DNA of 64,000 nucleotides, taken from Candidatus Faecicola pullistercoris. GTDB taxonomy: Bacteria > Bacillota > Clostridia > Christensenellales > CAG-917. The DNA is taken from positions 38,592 to 102,591 of the forward strand of contig DVNW01000012.1 in the NCBI GenBank assembly GCA_018714105.1, given 5' to 3'. This document shows, piece after piece, positions 26,413 to 35,142 of the stretch. Both the position numbers and the translations under genes were made by a program. Numbering within the stretch: position 1 is the stretch's first letter; each line of letters starts with the position of its first letter. Below the pieces are notes generated by a model. That model was not told the origin of the DNA. It saw only the letters and a list, made by a program, of their open reading frames with translations, and searched no databases.

Positions 26413-27054
26413 TCACCTGCCCTGAATATACTTGGCCGCTTCGGCAACGAGTTCCCTTGCCGTCTCTTCGACCTTTCCGTAATCGCCGCTTTTAGCCCCC
26501 TCCGTAAGGAAAGAACCCGCGCCTACCGCAAAAGCACCCGCTTTGAACCATTCGCCTACGTTCTGCATACTGACTCCGCCGGTGGGCATTATGTTTGCCT
26601 GAGGCAGAGGTCCTTTGAAACCTTTGAGTCCCGCGGGTTTCATCACGTCCCCCGGGAACAGCTTTATAACGTCCACACCGTATTCGAGCGCGGCAACAGC
26701 CTCAGTGGGCGTCATTACCCCCGTCATGCACGGAACGCGGTATTTGTTGCAGATTTTTACCGTGTCGACGTCGAGCGCGGGACTTACGATATACTTCGCC
26801 CCTGCAAGCATGGCTATGCGCGCGGTCTGACTGTCAAGCACCGTGCCCGCGCCGATATAAGCATCGGGATACTTTTTGCAAAGACGGCTAATCACCTTGT
26901 CCGCATCGGGCGCGGTGAAGGTAACTTCTATAAATTTTATGCCGCCGGCTATACAGGCGTCGGCCGATTTTTCGGCCTGTTCCGCGGTGGCGCCGCGGAT
27001 AACGGCCACTACTCCGCTTTTGTAAAGTTGCATTATAAGATTTGTCTTTTTCAT
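26413..27054 (-). CDS. eda: KDPG / 4-hydroxy-2-oxoglutarate aldolase
   Basis: Contains VVAVIRG...IKFIEVTF...GAGTVL...FPG. I take the start at the ATG at 27054 (AGGAGA RBS); the track's extension lacks an RBS. Confidence 0.88.
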   Translation of the reverse strand: MKKTNLIMQLYKSGVVAVIRGATAEQAEKSADACIAGGIKFIEVTFTAPDADKVISRLCKKYPDAYIGAGTVLDSQTARIAMLAGAKYIVSPALDVDTVKICNKYRVPCMTGVMTPTEAVAALEYGVDVIKLFPGDVMKPAGLKGFKGPLPQANIMPTGGVSMQNVGEWFKAGAFAVGAGSFLTEGAKSGDYGKVEETARELVAEAAKYIQGR

Positions 27055-27100
27055 ATCTGTCTCCTGCCTTACGGGGAAAATTTCGCACTTATACATTTAT

Positions 27101-27129
27101 ATTATAAACTAATAGTTTACTGTAAGCAA
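27101..27129 (-). promoter_or_regulatory. promoter of the eda-led array, with a 15-bp perfect palindrome in the spacer
   Basis: On the minus strand: TTGCTT (27129-27124), 17-nt spacer, TATAAT (27106-27101). The spacer contains TAAACTA-A-TAGTTTA (27105-27119). Confidence 0.55.
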
Positions 27130-27199
27130 ATAAATATTTTTTATAAAGTATGGACAAAACGGCTTTTTTATGATATAGTGATTTTATCGGAGGTGCGCT

Positions 27200-27970
27200 A
27201 TGCCCGTTATAAATTATATAGGAAAAAATCTTAAAACCTACAACGTTTCAAGGCATTCCCACAATTATTGGGAAATAATTTATTGTACCGCAGGCGACGG
27301 ACGTATTACTTTCGACGATAATTCTCAGATTCAGTACACGGCCAACCAGCTCGTAATAATCCCCCCGCACATACTTCACGGCAATAATTCGGAAAACGGC
27401 TTTAAAAACATTCATTTTACGGTTGAAAACTGGACTCCGCCGTTCAGAAACGCGCAGTGCCTTACCGACAACGCTTCGGAAGATCTGTATTCCCTGCTTA
27501 ACATCTGCTACAAGTATTTCAATACCGAAGCGTACAATAAGTCCAACATCATTCTCTCTTTTACCGAACTGATACTGAACATGATTGTCAGTTTCGCGGG
27601 TAACATGCACAATTCCGAACACGTCGAGGCTATTCAGAACGCTATTATCGAGCACTTCTCGGACCCCGATTTCGTAGTGGAACAGGCCTATCGGGACATT
27701 CCCCTGAGCAACGATTACATACGCCGCCAGTTTATAAAGGAAAAAGGATTTTCGCCCCTGCACTTTCTGAACAATACCAGGATTGCCTTCGCGCAGAAAC
27801 TTCTTCTGTCCAAAAACATTAACAATTACAAAATTTACGAAATAGCCGAAATGTGCGGTTTTTCGGATCAGCTTTATTTCAGCCGCGTATTTAAAAAGAC
27901 CGTGGGCGTAAGTCCGAAGGAATACACCGAAATCAAAAAACTCGAAAACTACAATTCCCAAAACGAATAA
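27200..27970 (+). CDS. AraC-family transcriptional regulator (cupin sensor plus HTH)
   Basis: Cupin-like N-terminus (HSHNYWEIIY). The C-terminus FSPLHFLNNTRIAFAQKLLL...IAEMCGFSDQLYFSRVFKK is a typical AraC double HTH. GGAGG RBS. Confidence 0.88.
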   Translation: MPVINYIGKNLKTYNVSRHSHNYWEIIYCTAGDGRITFDDNSQIQYTANQLVIIPPHILHGNNSENGFKNIHFTVENWTPPFRNAQCLTDNASEDLYSLLNICYKYFNTEAYNKSNIILSFTELILNMIVSFAGNMHNSEHVEAIQNAIIEHFSDPDFVVEQAYRDIPLSNDYIRRQFIKEKGFSPLHFLNNTRIAFAQKLLLSKNINNYKIYEIAEMCGFSDQLYFSRVFKKTVGVSPKEYTEIKKLENYNSQNE

Positions 27971-28014
27971 ATATGTATTTTGCAAAATCAATATTTTAAA
28001 TATCGGAGATTAAT

Positions 28015-28902
28015 ATGAAAACTTACGATTCCGTCATCATAGGACACGTTTCTCTTGACTACAACATCGATTGCAAGGACAATCTTGTCATTCAGCTCGG
28101 AGGCGCCGTGGTATATTCGTCGGCGGCCGCGCACGCACTGGGCCGCAAAGTTGCCGCCGTTACCAAACTCGCGCAAGAGGACTTCGGCAGGCTTGACATA
28201 TTTACCTTGCCGAAAGAGGACATATACTGCATTCCCTCAAAAAAATCCACTTCGATTCAGAACAAGTACTTCACCGAAGACAAGGAAAAAAGAAGCTGCG
28301 TCTGCCGCTCGCAGGGAGATCCTTTTACCATAAACGACATACCCGAAGTCAAAGCGTCGGTGTATCATCTGGGAGGGCTGATTTACGGGGATTTTTCCGA
28401 CGACCTCATCCCTCTTCTGGGCGAGCGCGGCAAGGTTGCCGTGGACGTACAGGGATTTTTAAGGCACGCAAGCAGTAAGGACGGCGGCGAAATGTATTTC
28501 TGCGACTGGCAAAGCAAAAAATCGATGCTGCCCTATATTGACTTTCTCAAAACGGACGCAGCCGAAGCCGAAATTCTTACCGGGCTGACGGACCGAAGGG
28601 AAGCGGCAAAAGTTCTTTTCGATATGGGCGCCAAGGAAATAATGATTACCCATAATACCGAGGTTCTGATTTACGACGGCAAGGAGTTTTACGCCTGCCC
28701 CATCAAATCGAGAAACCTCTCCGGAAGAACGGGAAGAGGCGACACGACTTTTGCCGCATACCTCAACGAACGCATTTATACCGATATTCCCACGGCTCTG
28801 CTTTGGGCGACGGCTACGGTTTCTTATAAAATGGAAAAAACGGGACCTTTCGACAAAACCCGCGAGGACGTTAAGGCCTATATCGACGAATTTTACAAAT
28901 AA
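28015..28902 (+). CDS. PfkB-family carbohydrate kinase, atypical anion-hole motif
   Basis: Ribokinase-like pattern (GGAVVYSSAAAHALG...) with the C-terminal motif SGRTGRGDTTFAAYL in place of DTxGAGD. GGAGA RBS. Confidence 0.75.
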   Translation: MKTYDSVIIGHVSLDYNIDCKDNLVIQLGGAVVYSSAAAHALGRKVAAVTKLAQEDFGRLDIFTLPKEDIYCIPSKKSTSIQNKYFTEDKEKRSCVCRSQGDPFTINDIPEVKASVYHLGGLIYGDFSDDLIPLLGERGKVAVDVQGFLRHASSKDGGEMYFCDWQSKKSMLPYIDFLKTDAAEAEILTGLTDRREAAKVLFDMGAKEIMITHNTEVLIYDGKEFYACPIKSRNLSGRTGRGDTTFAAYLNERIYTDIPTALLWATATVSYKMEKTGPFDKTREDVKAYIDEFYK

Positions 28903-28913
28903 TTTCTTACAAC

Positions 28914-28952
28914 AAAAAACGACGCCCGCAAAAAAGCGGACGTCGTTTTTTT
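28914..28952. terminator. bidirectional intrinsic terminator (PfkB kinase gene and convergent iol operon)
   Basis: An imperfect stem of cgacg-ccgc pairing with gcgg-cgtcg, flanked by an A-run (28914-28919) and a T-run (28946-28952). Confidence 0.8.
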
Positions 28953-28961
28953 GTCGCTTTG

Positions 28962-29975
28962 TCAGAATTTGATTTCGCTTAGCTTAACGGGACGGTTAAG
29001 TTCAAGCGATTTTTTGGCGGCTACGCCTATGAGCACGGCCTGCAAGCCCGCTTCCACGCCTACCGCCACGGGTTTGTCCTGCGTTACCGCCTCGACGAAT
29101 CCGTTTATTTCGTTTACGTATGCCTGCATGTATCTTTCAAGGAAGAAATACAGCGGTTTTTCGGCGGTTACGCCGTCTGCGTCAGATATAACCGCGCTGG
29201 ACAGAGTATCGTTGGAAATCGCCACCTGTCCCTTGCTTCCGAAGGCTTCGAGGCGCTGATCGTATCCGTAACTCGCGCGGCGGCAGTTGTCTATTACGGC
29301 AAGCGCGCCGCTTTTGAGTTTCATGGTTATTACCGCGGTGTCTATATCGCCCGCCTTGCCTATTTCGGGATCTACCATGACTCCGCCGGCTGCGTAAACT
29401 TCTTCCACCTCGTCGCCCGACATATATCTTACCATATCGAAATCGTGTATGGTCATATCCAGGAAGATGCCTCCGCTTACCTTTATGTATTCGACGGGAG
29501 GCGCGCCCGGATCTCTGGACGTGATTTTAAGCACGTTGAGCTCGCCTATTTTTCCGCCTTTCACGGCCTCGCGCGCCGCCATGAAGTTATGGTCGAAACG
29601 CCTGTTGAAACCTACCTGATACTTGACGTTGCTGTTTTTGAGGGCGTCCATTACCTCTTTTATTTTTTCCAGGCTGTGGTCGATGGGCTTTTCGCAGAAA
29701 ATATGTTTGCCTGCCGCTATGGCTTCCAGGGATATGGGAGAATGGGTATCGGTGGAAGAACATATAAGTACGGCGTCGATTTCGGGATCGGCAAGAACGT
29801 CTTTATAGTTTTTCGTAAAGTTTTCCACGCCCATGCCCTTGGCCCATTCCACGGTGGATTCTCCGAGGAAAGGGTCGGCTATTGTTTTGACGGTTGCGCC
29901 TTTAACGTAACGCATGATGGATTCGGTATGCACTCTGCCGATTCGGCCTGCGCCTATAATTCCTATTTTAAGCAT
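28962..29975 (-). CDS. iolG: inositol 2-dehydrogenase
   Basis: The motifs IGIIGAGRIGRVH, FCEKPI, GFNRRFD, ITSRDPGAPP and GGIFLDMTIHDFDM match IdhA/IolG-type enzymes closely. Confidence 0.9.
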   Translation of the reverse strand: MLKIGIIGAGRIGRVHTESIMRYVKGATVKTIADPFLGESTVEWAKGMGVENFTKNYKDVLADPEIDAVLICSSTDTHSPISLEAIAAGKHIFCEKPIDHSLEKIKEVMDALKNSNVKYQVGFNRRFDHNFMAAREAVKGGKIGELNVLKITSRDPGAPPVEYIKVSGGIFLDMTIHDFDMVRYMSGDEVEEVYAAGGVMVDPEIGKAGDIDTAVITMKLKSGALAVIDNCRRASYGYDQRLEAFGSKGQVAISNDTLSSAVISDADGVTAEKPLYFFLERYMQAYVNEINGFVEAVTQDKPVAVGVEAGLQAVLIGVAAKKSLELNRPVKLSEIKF

Positions 29976-29986
29976 AAATTTTCTCC

Positions 29987-31489
29987 TTAAATGGTTCCGT
30001 CCCAGGTGCTGACCTTTGTAGACGTTTTTTCGTGTTCGTCAAACCAGTGAGTGGTAACGCACTTGCTTTCGGTATAAAAACGGTACGCGTCCTTGCCGAG
30101 GCAGTGCAGATCGCCGAAGAACGAGTTCTTGTGTCCCGAGAAGGGGAATACGCCTACCGGTACGGGAATACCTACGTTTATTCCTACCATACCGCCGTCC
30201 GTATTTCGCGCGAATTCGCGTGCGTAATAGCCGTTCTGGGTATAGATTACCGAACCGTTGGCAAAGGGATTGCCGTTCATGACCGCGAGGCCTTCTTCGA
30301 AAGTTTTGACTCGCTTGATGCAAAGAACGGGCCCGAAAATCTCACGGTTGCCCACCGTCATTTCGGGAGTTACGCGGTCGAGTATTGTGGGCCCGAGATA
30401 GAAGCCGTTTTCGTATCCTTTTACTACCGTATTACGGCCGTCGAGTACCATTTCCGCGCCCTCGGAAAGCCCCTTTTCTATCCAGTCGATTACCGATTGC
30501 TTGTGCTCGGCAGAATAGACCGGACCCAGTTTGCTGGTCTTGTCGTAAGCCGGGCCTACTTTGAGGTTTGACGCTATTTCCTTGATTTTTGCTACGAGTG
30601 CGTCCGCTATACCCTCCTGCGCGACTACTACGGGAAGCGCCATGCATCTTTCGCCGGCGCAGCCGTATGCCGCGTTGACGATGCCCGCCGCCGTGCGGTC
30701 GAGTGCGGCGTCGTTGAGTACGAGAGCATGGTTTTTGGCTTCGCACAGACACTGTACTCTCTTGCCGTTTTTGGCAGCCGTTTCGTATATATATTTGCCT
30801 ACGCTCGTAGAGCCTACGAAAGATATTCCTTTGATAAGCGGATTGGTAAGCAATTCCTGAGTGTCGTTTCTGTCGCAGCTGATTATATTCAGCACGCCGT
30901 CGGGCAGGCCGGCCTCTCTGTAAAGTTCGGCTATGCGCAGCGACGTCATGGGGGTCGCGCCCGCTACTTTAAGCACTATGGTATTGCCGCAGGCTATGCA
31001 CAGAGGCGTCATCCAGCCCATGGGTATCATGGCAGGGAAGTTGAACGGGCTTATTCCTGCAAATACGCCGAGGGATTCGCGGTAAAGCACGGTGTCGTAA
31101 CCCTTTGAAGTGTCCATAAGCGACTCGCCCATCATAAGCGAGGGCATGGATATGGCAAGTTCGGTACCCTCTTTCGCCTTGAGTATATCGCCCTTCGCTT
31201 CTTCGTAAACCTTGCCGTGCTCGGTAGCTACGAGAATTGAAAGTTCCTCCATGTGCTCCACGAGAAGGTCGCGCAGTTTGTAAAGTATCTGCACTCTTTT
31301 GATTACGGGAGTCCTGCTCCATCCCTCGTATGCCTTGTGCGCGTTTTCGATTACCTTTTTAATTTCGGCGGCGGTAACGCGAGGGCACCTCGCTATCTGC
31401 TCGCCCGTGCTCGGGTTGAATACTTTGTAGTATTTGTCGGTAGACGACTCTACAAATTGGTTATTGGTAAAATACTTTAAAGTTTCCAT
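29987..31489 (-). CDS. iolA: CoA-acylating methylmalonate/malonate-semialdehyde dehydrogenase
   Basis: A 500-aa ALDH-superfamily protein with an MmsA-like N-terminus, located in the iol operon. Confidence 0.88.
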   Translation of the reverse strand: METLKYFTNNQFVESSTDKYYKVFNPSTGEQIARCPRVTAAEIKKVIENAHKAYEGWSRTPVIKRVQILYKLRDLLVEHMEELSILVATEHGKVYEEAKGDILKAKEGTELAISMPSLMMGESLMDTSKGYDTVLYRESLGVFAGISPFNFPAMIPMGWMTPLCIACGNTIVLKVAGATPMTSLRIAELYREAGLPDGVLNIISCDRNDTQELLTNPLIKGISFVGSTSVGKYIYETAAKNGKRVQCLCEAKNHALVLNDAALDRTAAGIVNAAYGCAGERCMALPVVVAQEGIADALVAKIKEIASNLKVGPAYDKTSKLGPVYSAEHKQSVIDWIEKGLSEGAEMVLDGRNTVVKGYENGFYLGPTILDRVTPEMTVGNREIFGPVLCIKRVKTFEEGLAVMNGNPFANGSVIYTQNGYYAREFARNTDGGMVGINVGIPVPVGVFPFSGHKNSFFGDLHCLGKDAYRFYTESKCVTTHWFDEHEKTSTKVSTWDGTI

Positions 31490-31521
31490 TTATTTCTCCT
31501 TTCGGTTTGCGTCTCGTTAAA

Positions 31522-32415
31522 TTAAATTCCCGCGGTTTTCCTGATGTACTTACGCGCTTTTAATGCGTATTCCAACGGGTTTGCGATTGCGGGGTCCTGT
31601 TCTGCTTCCACTATCATCCAGCCTTCGTATCCGCTTTCGTCGAGTATGTCGAATATGGGCTTGAAGTCGATTTCGCCGTCGCCCGGCACCGTGAACGTGC
31701 CCAGCCTTACGCCCTGCAAAAAGCTGAGCCCTTCTTCTTTTACCTTTTTTACTACTTCGCCTCTGATATCCTTAAGATGTACGTGCCTCGTCCTGCGGGC
31801 GTACTTTTTAAGTACTGCAAGATAATCCTCGCCGCAGTAGGCAAGATGTCCGCTGTCGAACAGCAGGCCTACTTTGTCCTCGTCGGTAAGCTCCATAAGT
31901 CTGTCGATTTCGGCGGCAGTCTGCACTACCGTGCCCATATGATGGTGAAACACCATGGTCATACCCATGGAAAGCGCGACCTGGCCGAGTTTGTTAAGTC
32001 CGTCGGCAAGCGTTTTCCACTCGGCGTCGTCAAGCACGTATTTGCATTTGAATACCGCCTTGCTCATATCGCCCTGTATCGAGTGGGTCTGCTCGGATAC
32101 TCCTATTACTTTCGCACCTGCGGATTTCAGAAATTTGCATTTTTTTACAAATTCCTTCTCAACCTGCTCGTAAGGCTTGTCGAGAAGATAGGTGCTGAAC
32201 CAGCTGTTTGCAACTTTTAGTTTGCGCAGCGTCAGCGCCTTTTTCAGCTGTTTGGCCCTGACGGGATATTTGTTGCCGATTTCCGTGCCCTTGTATCCGG
32301 CAAGCGCCATTTCGCTTATGCACTGCTCGAAAGTGTTTTCCCTGCCTAAATCGGGCATGTCGTCGTTAGTCCACGCTATGGGCGCTATGCCGAGTTTTAT
32401 TTTTTTTCTGTCCAT
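31522..32415 (-). CDS. iolE: myo-inosose-2 dehydratase
   Basis: The N-terminus KLGIAPIAWTNDDMPDLG is typical of IolE. TIM-barrel family. Confidence 0.88.
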   Translation of the reverse strand: MDRKKIKLGIAPIAWTNDDMPDLGRENTFEQCISEMALAGYKGTEIGNKYPVRAKQLKKALTLRKLKVANSWFSTYLLDKPYEQVEKEFVKKCKFLKSAGAKVIGVSEQTHSIQGDMSKAVFKCKYVLDDAEWKTLADGLNKLGQVALSMGMTMVFHHHMGTVVQTAAEIDRLMELTDEDKVGLLFDSGHLAYCGEDYLAVLKKYARRTRHVHLKDIRGEVVKKVKEEGLSFLQGVRLGTFTVPGDGEIDFKPIFDILDESGYEGWMIVEAEQDPAIANPLEYALKARKYIRKTAGI

Positions 32416-32425
32416 TTACGCCTCC

Positions 32426-34351
32426 TTAATACCTTAAAGCCTTTTTAAGCCGTTCTTTCTTTTCGTCAAGCACTTTCTTCTGGGCCTCGCACCTGGGGAG
32501 TTCGGTAATTCCCACGTTCCACCACCCTCCGTAACCGTGAGTCATAGACTTGGGCATAACTTTTATATCTATTAGTACGGGCGCGGTCTGTTTCAGCGAA
32601 TCTTTAAGCGCTTCTTCGAGTTCCTCGGGCGTTCTTGCAGTGTAGCTCTTGAATCCGTAGGCCCTTGCGCTCATGGCGTAATCTATGCTTAGGAATTCCC
32701 CGCCGCGTATGGGCTCGTCGCCCTCGCGCTTTCTGAATTCGGTGCAGAGACTGTCTATGCCCTGCCCCATTTGCAGGTTGTTTATGCACCCGAAGCCGCC
32801 GTTATCGAAAAGCATTACGTTTATCTTTTTGCCTTCCTGCACTGCGGTAACCATTTCGCTGTGAAGCATCAGGTAGCTGCCGTCGCCAACCATGGCGTAA
32901 ACTTCCTGCTCGGGGCGCGCAAGTTTTGCGCCGAGCGCACCGGCTATTTCGTAACCCATGCACGAATATCCGTATTCCATATTGTAACTGTCCGTCGCGT
33001 CCGTCTCCCACATTCTTTGCAGACAGCCGGGCAGACTGCCCGAAGACCCTACTATAATTGCGTCTGCGGGTATGATTTTGCGGATTATGCCTATCGCCGC
33101 GGTCTGCGTAAGCGCGCACCCCGTGGCTTTTGCGAATTTTTCCACGCTGTCAGGCATCATCGCCGTGTTTTCGGGAACGTATCCCTCGCCCGTGGTAATA
33201 GAGGTAAGTCGTGCCATTTCGGCCTTCCACTCGGCCTTTGCCCGTTCGATTTGGCCGTTATAGCACGCCCTGTAATTGCCTAAAAGTTTATTAAGCGCCG
33301 TTATTCCTTCTTTAGCGTCGGCCACAACGGATACCGCGTCAAGTTTGGCCGCGTGGAAAGGACTTACGTTTACGGTTACCACGGCCGCGTCCGGATAAAG
33401 CGACTTGGACGCCGTGGTGAAATCGGTAAACCGAGTGCCTATGCCTATTATAAGATCGCTCTTTTCGGCAACGGAGTTCGCGGCGCCGTTACCCGTAACC
33501 CCCAGTCCGCCGAGATTGTATTCGAACGACGAGGGTACCGCAGACTTGCCCGCCTGCGTTTCGCATACGGGAACGTTGTGTCTGCGGGCAAATTCGACGA
33601 TCTCCGCGCCTGCTCCGCTGTATTTTGCGCCGCCGCCGATTACTATAAGCGGATATTTCGACTTTTTAATAGCTTTTACCGCGTCTTTCAGCTGCTCTTT
33701 TACGGGCAGCGTGCGGATAATTTTATGTACGCGCTTTTTCAGGAAGGAAAGCGGAAAATCGTAACTCTCGCCCTGCACGTCCTGCGGAAGCGCAATGGCA
33801 ACCGCACCCGTTACGGCGGGATCGAGCAGAGTCCTTACCGCGTTGAGCATTGCGGTCATCAGCATTTCGGGACGGCTTATGCGGTCAAAATATCTTGTTA
33901 CCGCCCTGAAAGCGTCGTTGGTTGTCGTACCCGCACAGTTAAGCTGCTCTATCTGCTGCAATACGGGGTCGGGCTGGCGCGTCGCAAAGGCGTCGCCCAC
34001 AAGAAGAAGCAAAGGTATGTTGTTTGCCGTAGCCGTTCCCGCCGCGGTAACCATATTCGCGGCGCCGGGACCGATAGACGACATGCAAGGCATTATTTTA
34101 AGGCGGTTGTTCTGCTTCGCGTATGCCGTGGCAGCCTGTGCCATGCCTTGCTCGTTTTTACCTTGATAGACCTTTATCCCACTCTTTTGCATAGATAAAG
34201 CCTCTCCTACGCCTACTACGCAGCCGTGGCCGAATATCGTGAATATGCCTTCGACCAGTTTGTTTTCCTTGCCGTCAAGGCTTACGTACTGATTGTCCAA
34301 AAAAGTTACGAGGGCTTCGCCCACCGTCATGCGTTTGGTTTTTATTGCCAT
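32426..34351 (-). CDS. iolD: 3D-(3,5/4)-trihydroxycyclohexane-1,2-dione acylhydrolase (ThDP enzyme)
   Basis: Contains MTVGEALVTFLDNQYVSLDGKENKLVEGIFTIFGHG, characteristic of IolD. 641 aa. Confidence 0.9.
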   Translation of the reverse strand: MAIKTKRMTVGEALVTFLDNQYVSLDGKENKLVEGIFTIFGHGCVVGVGEALSMQKSGIKVYQGKNEQGMAQAATAYAKQNNRLKIMPCMSSIGPGAANMVTAAGTATANNIPLLLLVGDAFATRQPDPVLQQIEQLNCAGTTTNDAFRAVTRYFDRISRPEMLMTAMLNAVRTLLDPAVTGAVAIALPQDVQGESYDFPLSFLKKRVHKIIRTLPVKEQLKDAVKAIKKSKYPLIVIGGGAKYSGAGAEIVEFARRHNVPVCETQAGKSAVPSSFEYNLGGLGVTGNGAANSVAEKSDLIIGIGTRFTDFTTASKSLYPDAAVVTVNVSPFHAAKLDAVSVVADAKEGITALNKLLGNYRACYNGQIERAKAEWKAEMARLTSITTGEGYVPENTAMMPDSVEKFAKATGCALTQTAAIGIIRKIIPADAIIVGSSGSLPGCLQRMWETDATDSYNMEYGYSCMGYEIAGALGAKLARPEQEVYAMVGDGSYLMLHSEMVTAVQEGKKINVMLFDNGGFGCINNLQMGQGIDSLCTEFRKREGDEPIRGGEFLSIDYAMSARAYGFKSYTARTPEELEEALKDSLKQTAPVLIDIKVMPKSMTHGYGGWWNVGITELPRCEAQKKVLDEKKERLKKALRY

Positions 34352-34366
34352 ATCCGTTCTCCTTTT

Positions 34367-35131
34367 TTACTTTTCAAGCCACTCGTAGCGCTTGTCTACC
34401 GTGCGCGTTTTGAGCCAGGGATTGCCGTCGAGATGGCGTATCATCCAGCAACAGTACATGGGATATCCCGGAGCCGTTACCTGAACGTGAGTGTAGCCTC
34501 CTTCGAAACAACCCGCGCTTCCGTCCTTTACCGTATAGGCCTTGTCGCCTATAAAGCAGGCGCCGAAACCTTCGGGACGGTGCATTTTATAGTAATATAC
34601 TTCGGGCTGGGGGTGACTGTGCGGCACGTAACTCCACCAGCGTCCCTGCCTGGCTATAACTTCGCCCAGTACCATGTTGGAATAAGGCGCGTTGTCGTAA
34701 TCGAATACCGTGTTCACGTCCCTGACGGCCGTATTCTCCCACATGCCCTCGCAGGAGACCGAACAGATGACGTCTTTGGGTTTATATACCTTGTATCCGA
34801 AATCCCTGTCGTTCAGAGTGGCCTGCATAATGAATTCGCTGTCTTCGAGGGCGTACACGCTTACTCTAATATTACGGGCGGCGTGCACGCAGGTAGGCAG
34901 TTCCTCAAACACGTTCTTTCTGGACGCCGTGGTAACTTTGCCGTCCACGGTAAATCTTACTTTGCCTTCGGTAAGAAGAAAGGCCGCTTCCTTGTCGGCA
35001 AACAGAAAGCTTCTTCTTTTGCCCTTGGGAAGTTTGTAAACGCAGATATCCATCAGCATGTTTTTGTTGATACCGTCGGTTTTCGTGAGGGTTTTAACCC
35101 CGCTTTTATTGAATTCGGGATATGCGAACAT
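34367..35131 (-). CDS. iolB: 5-deoxy-glucuronate isomerase
   Basis: A 254-aa cupin-like protein between iolC and iolD, the conserved operon position. Confidence 0.8.
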   Translation of the reverse strand: MFAYPEFNKSGVKTLTKTDGINKNMLMDICVYKLPKGKRRSFLFADKEAAFLLTEGKVRFTVDGKVTTASRKNVFEELPTCVHAARNIRVSVYALEDSEFIMQATLNDRDFGYKVYKPKDVICSVSCEGMWENTAVRDVNTVFDYDNAPYSNMVLGEVIARQGRWWSYVPHSHPQPEVYYYKMHRPEGFGACFIGDKAYTVKDGSAGCFEGGYTHVQVTAPGYPMYCCWMIRHLDGNPWLKTRTVDKRYEWLEK

Positions 35132-35142
35132 ATTCTATCTCC

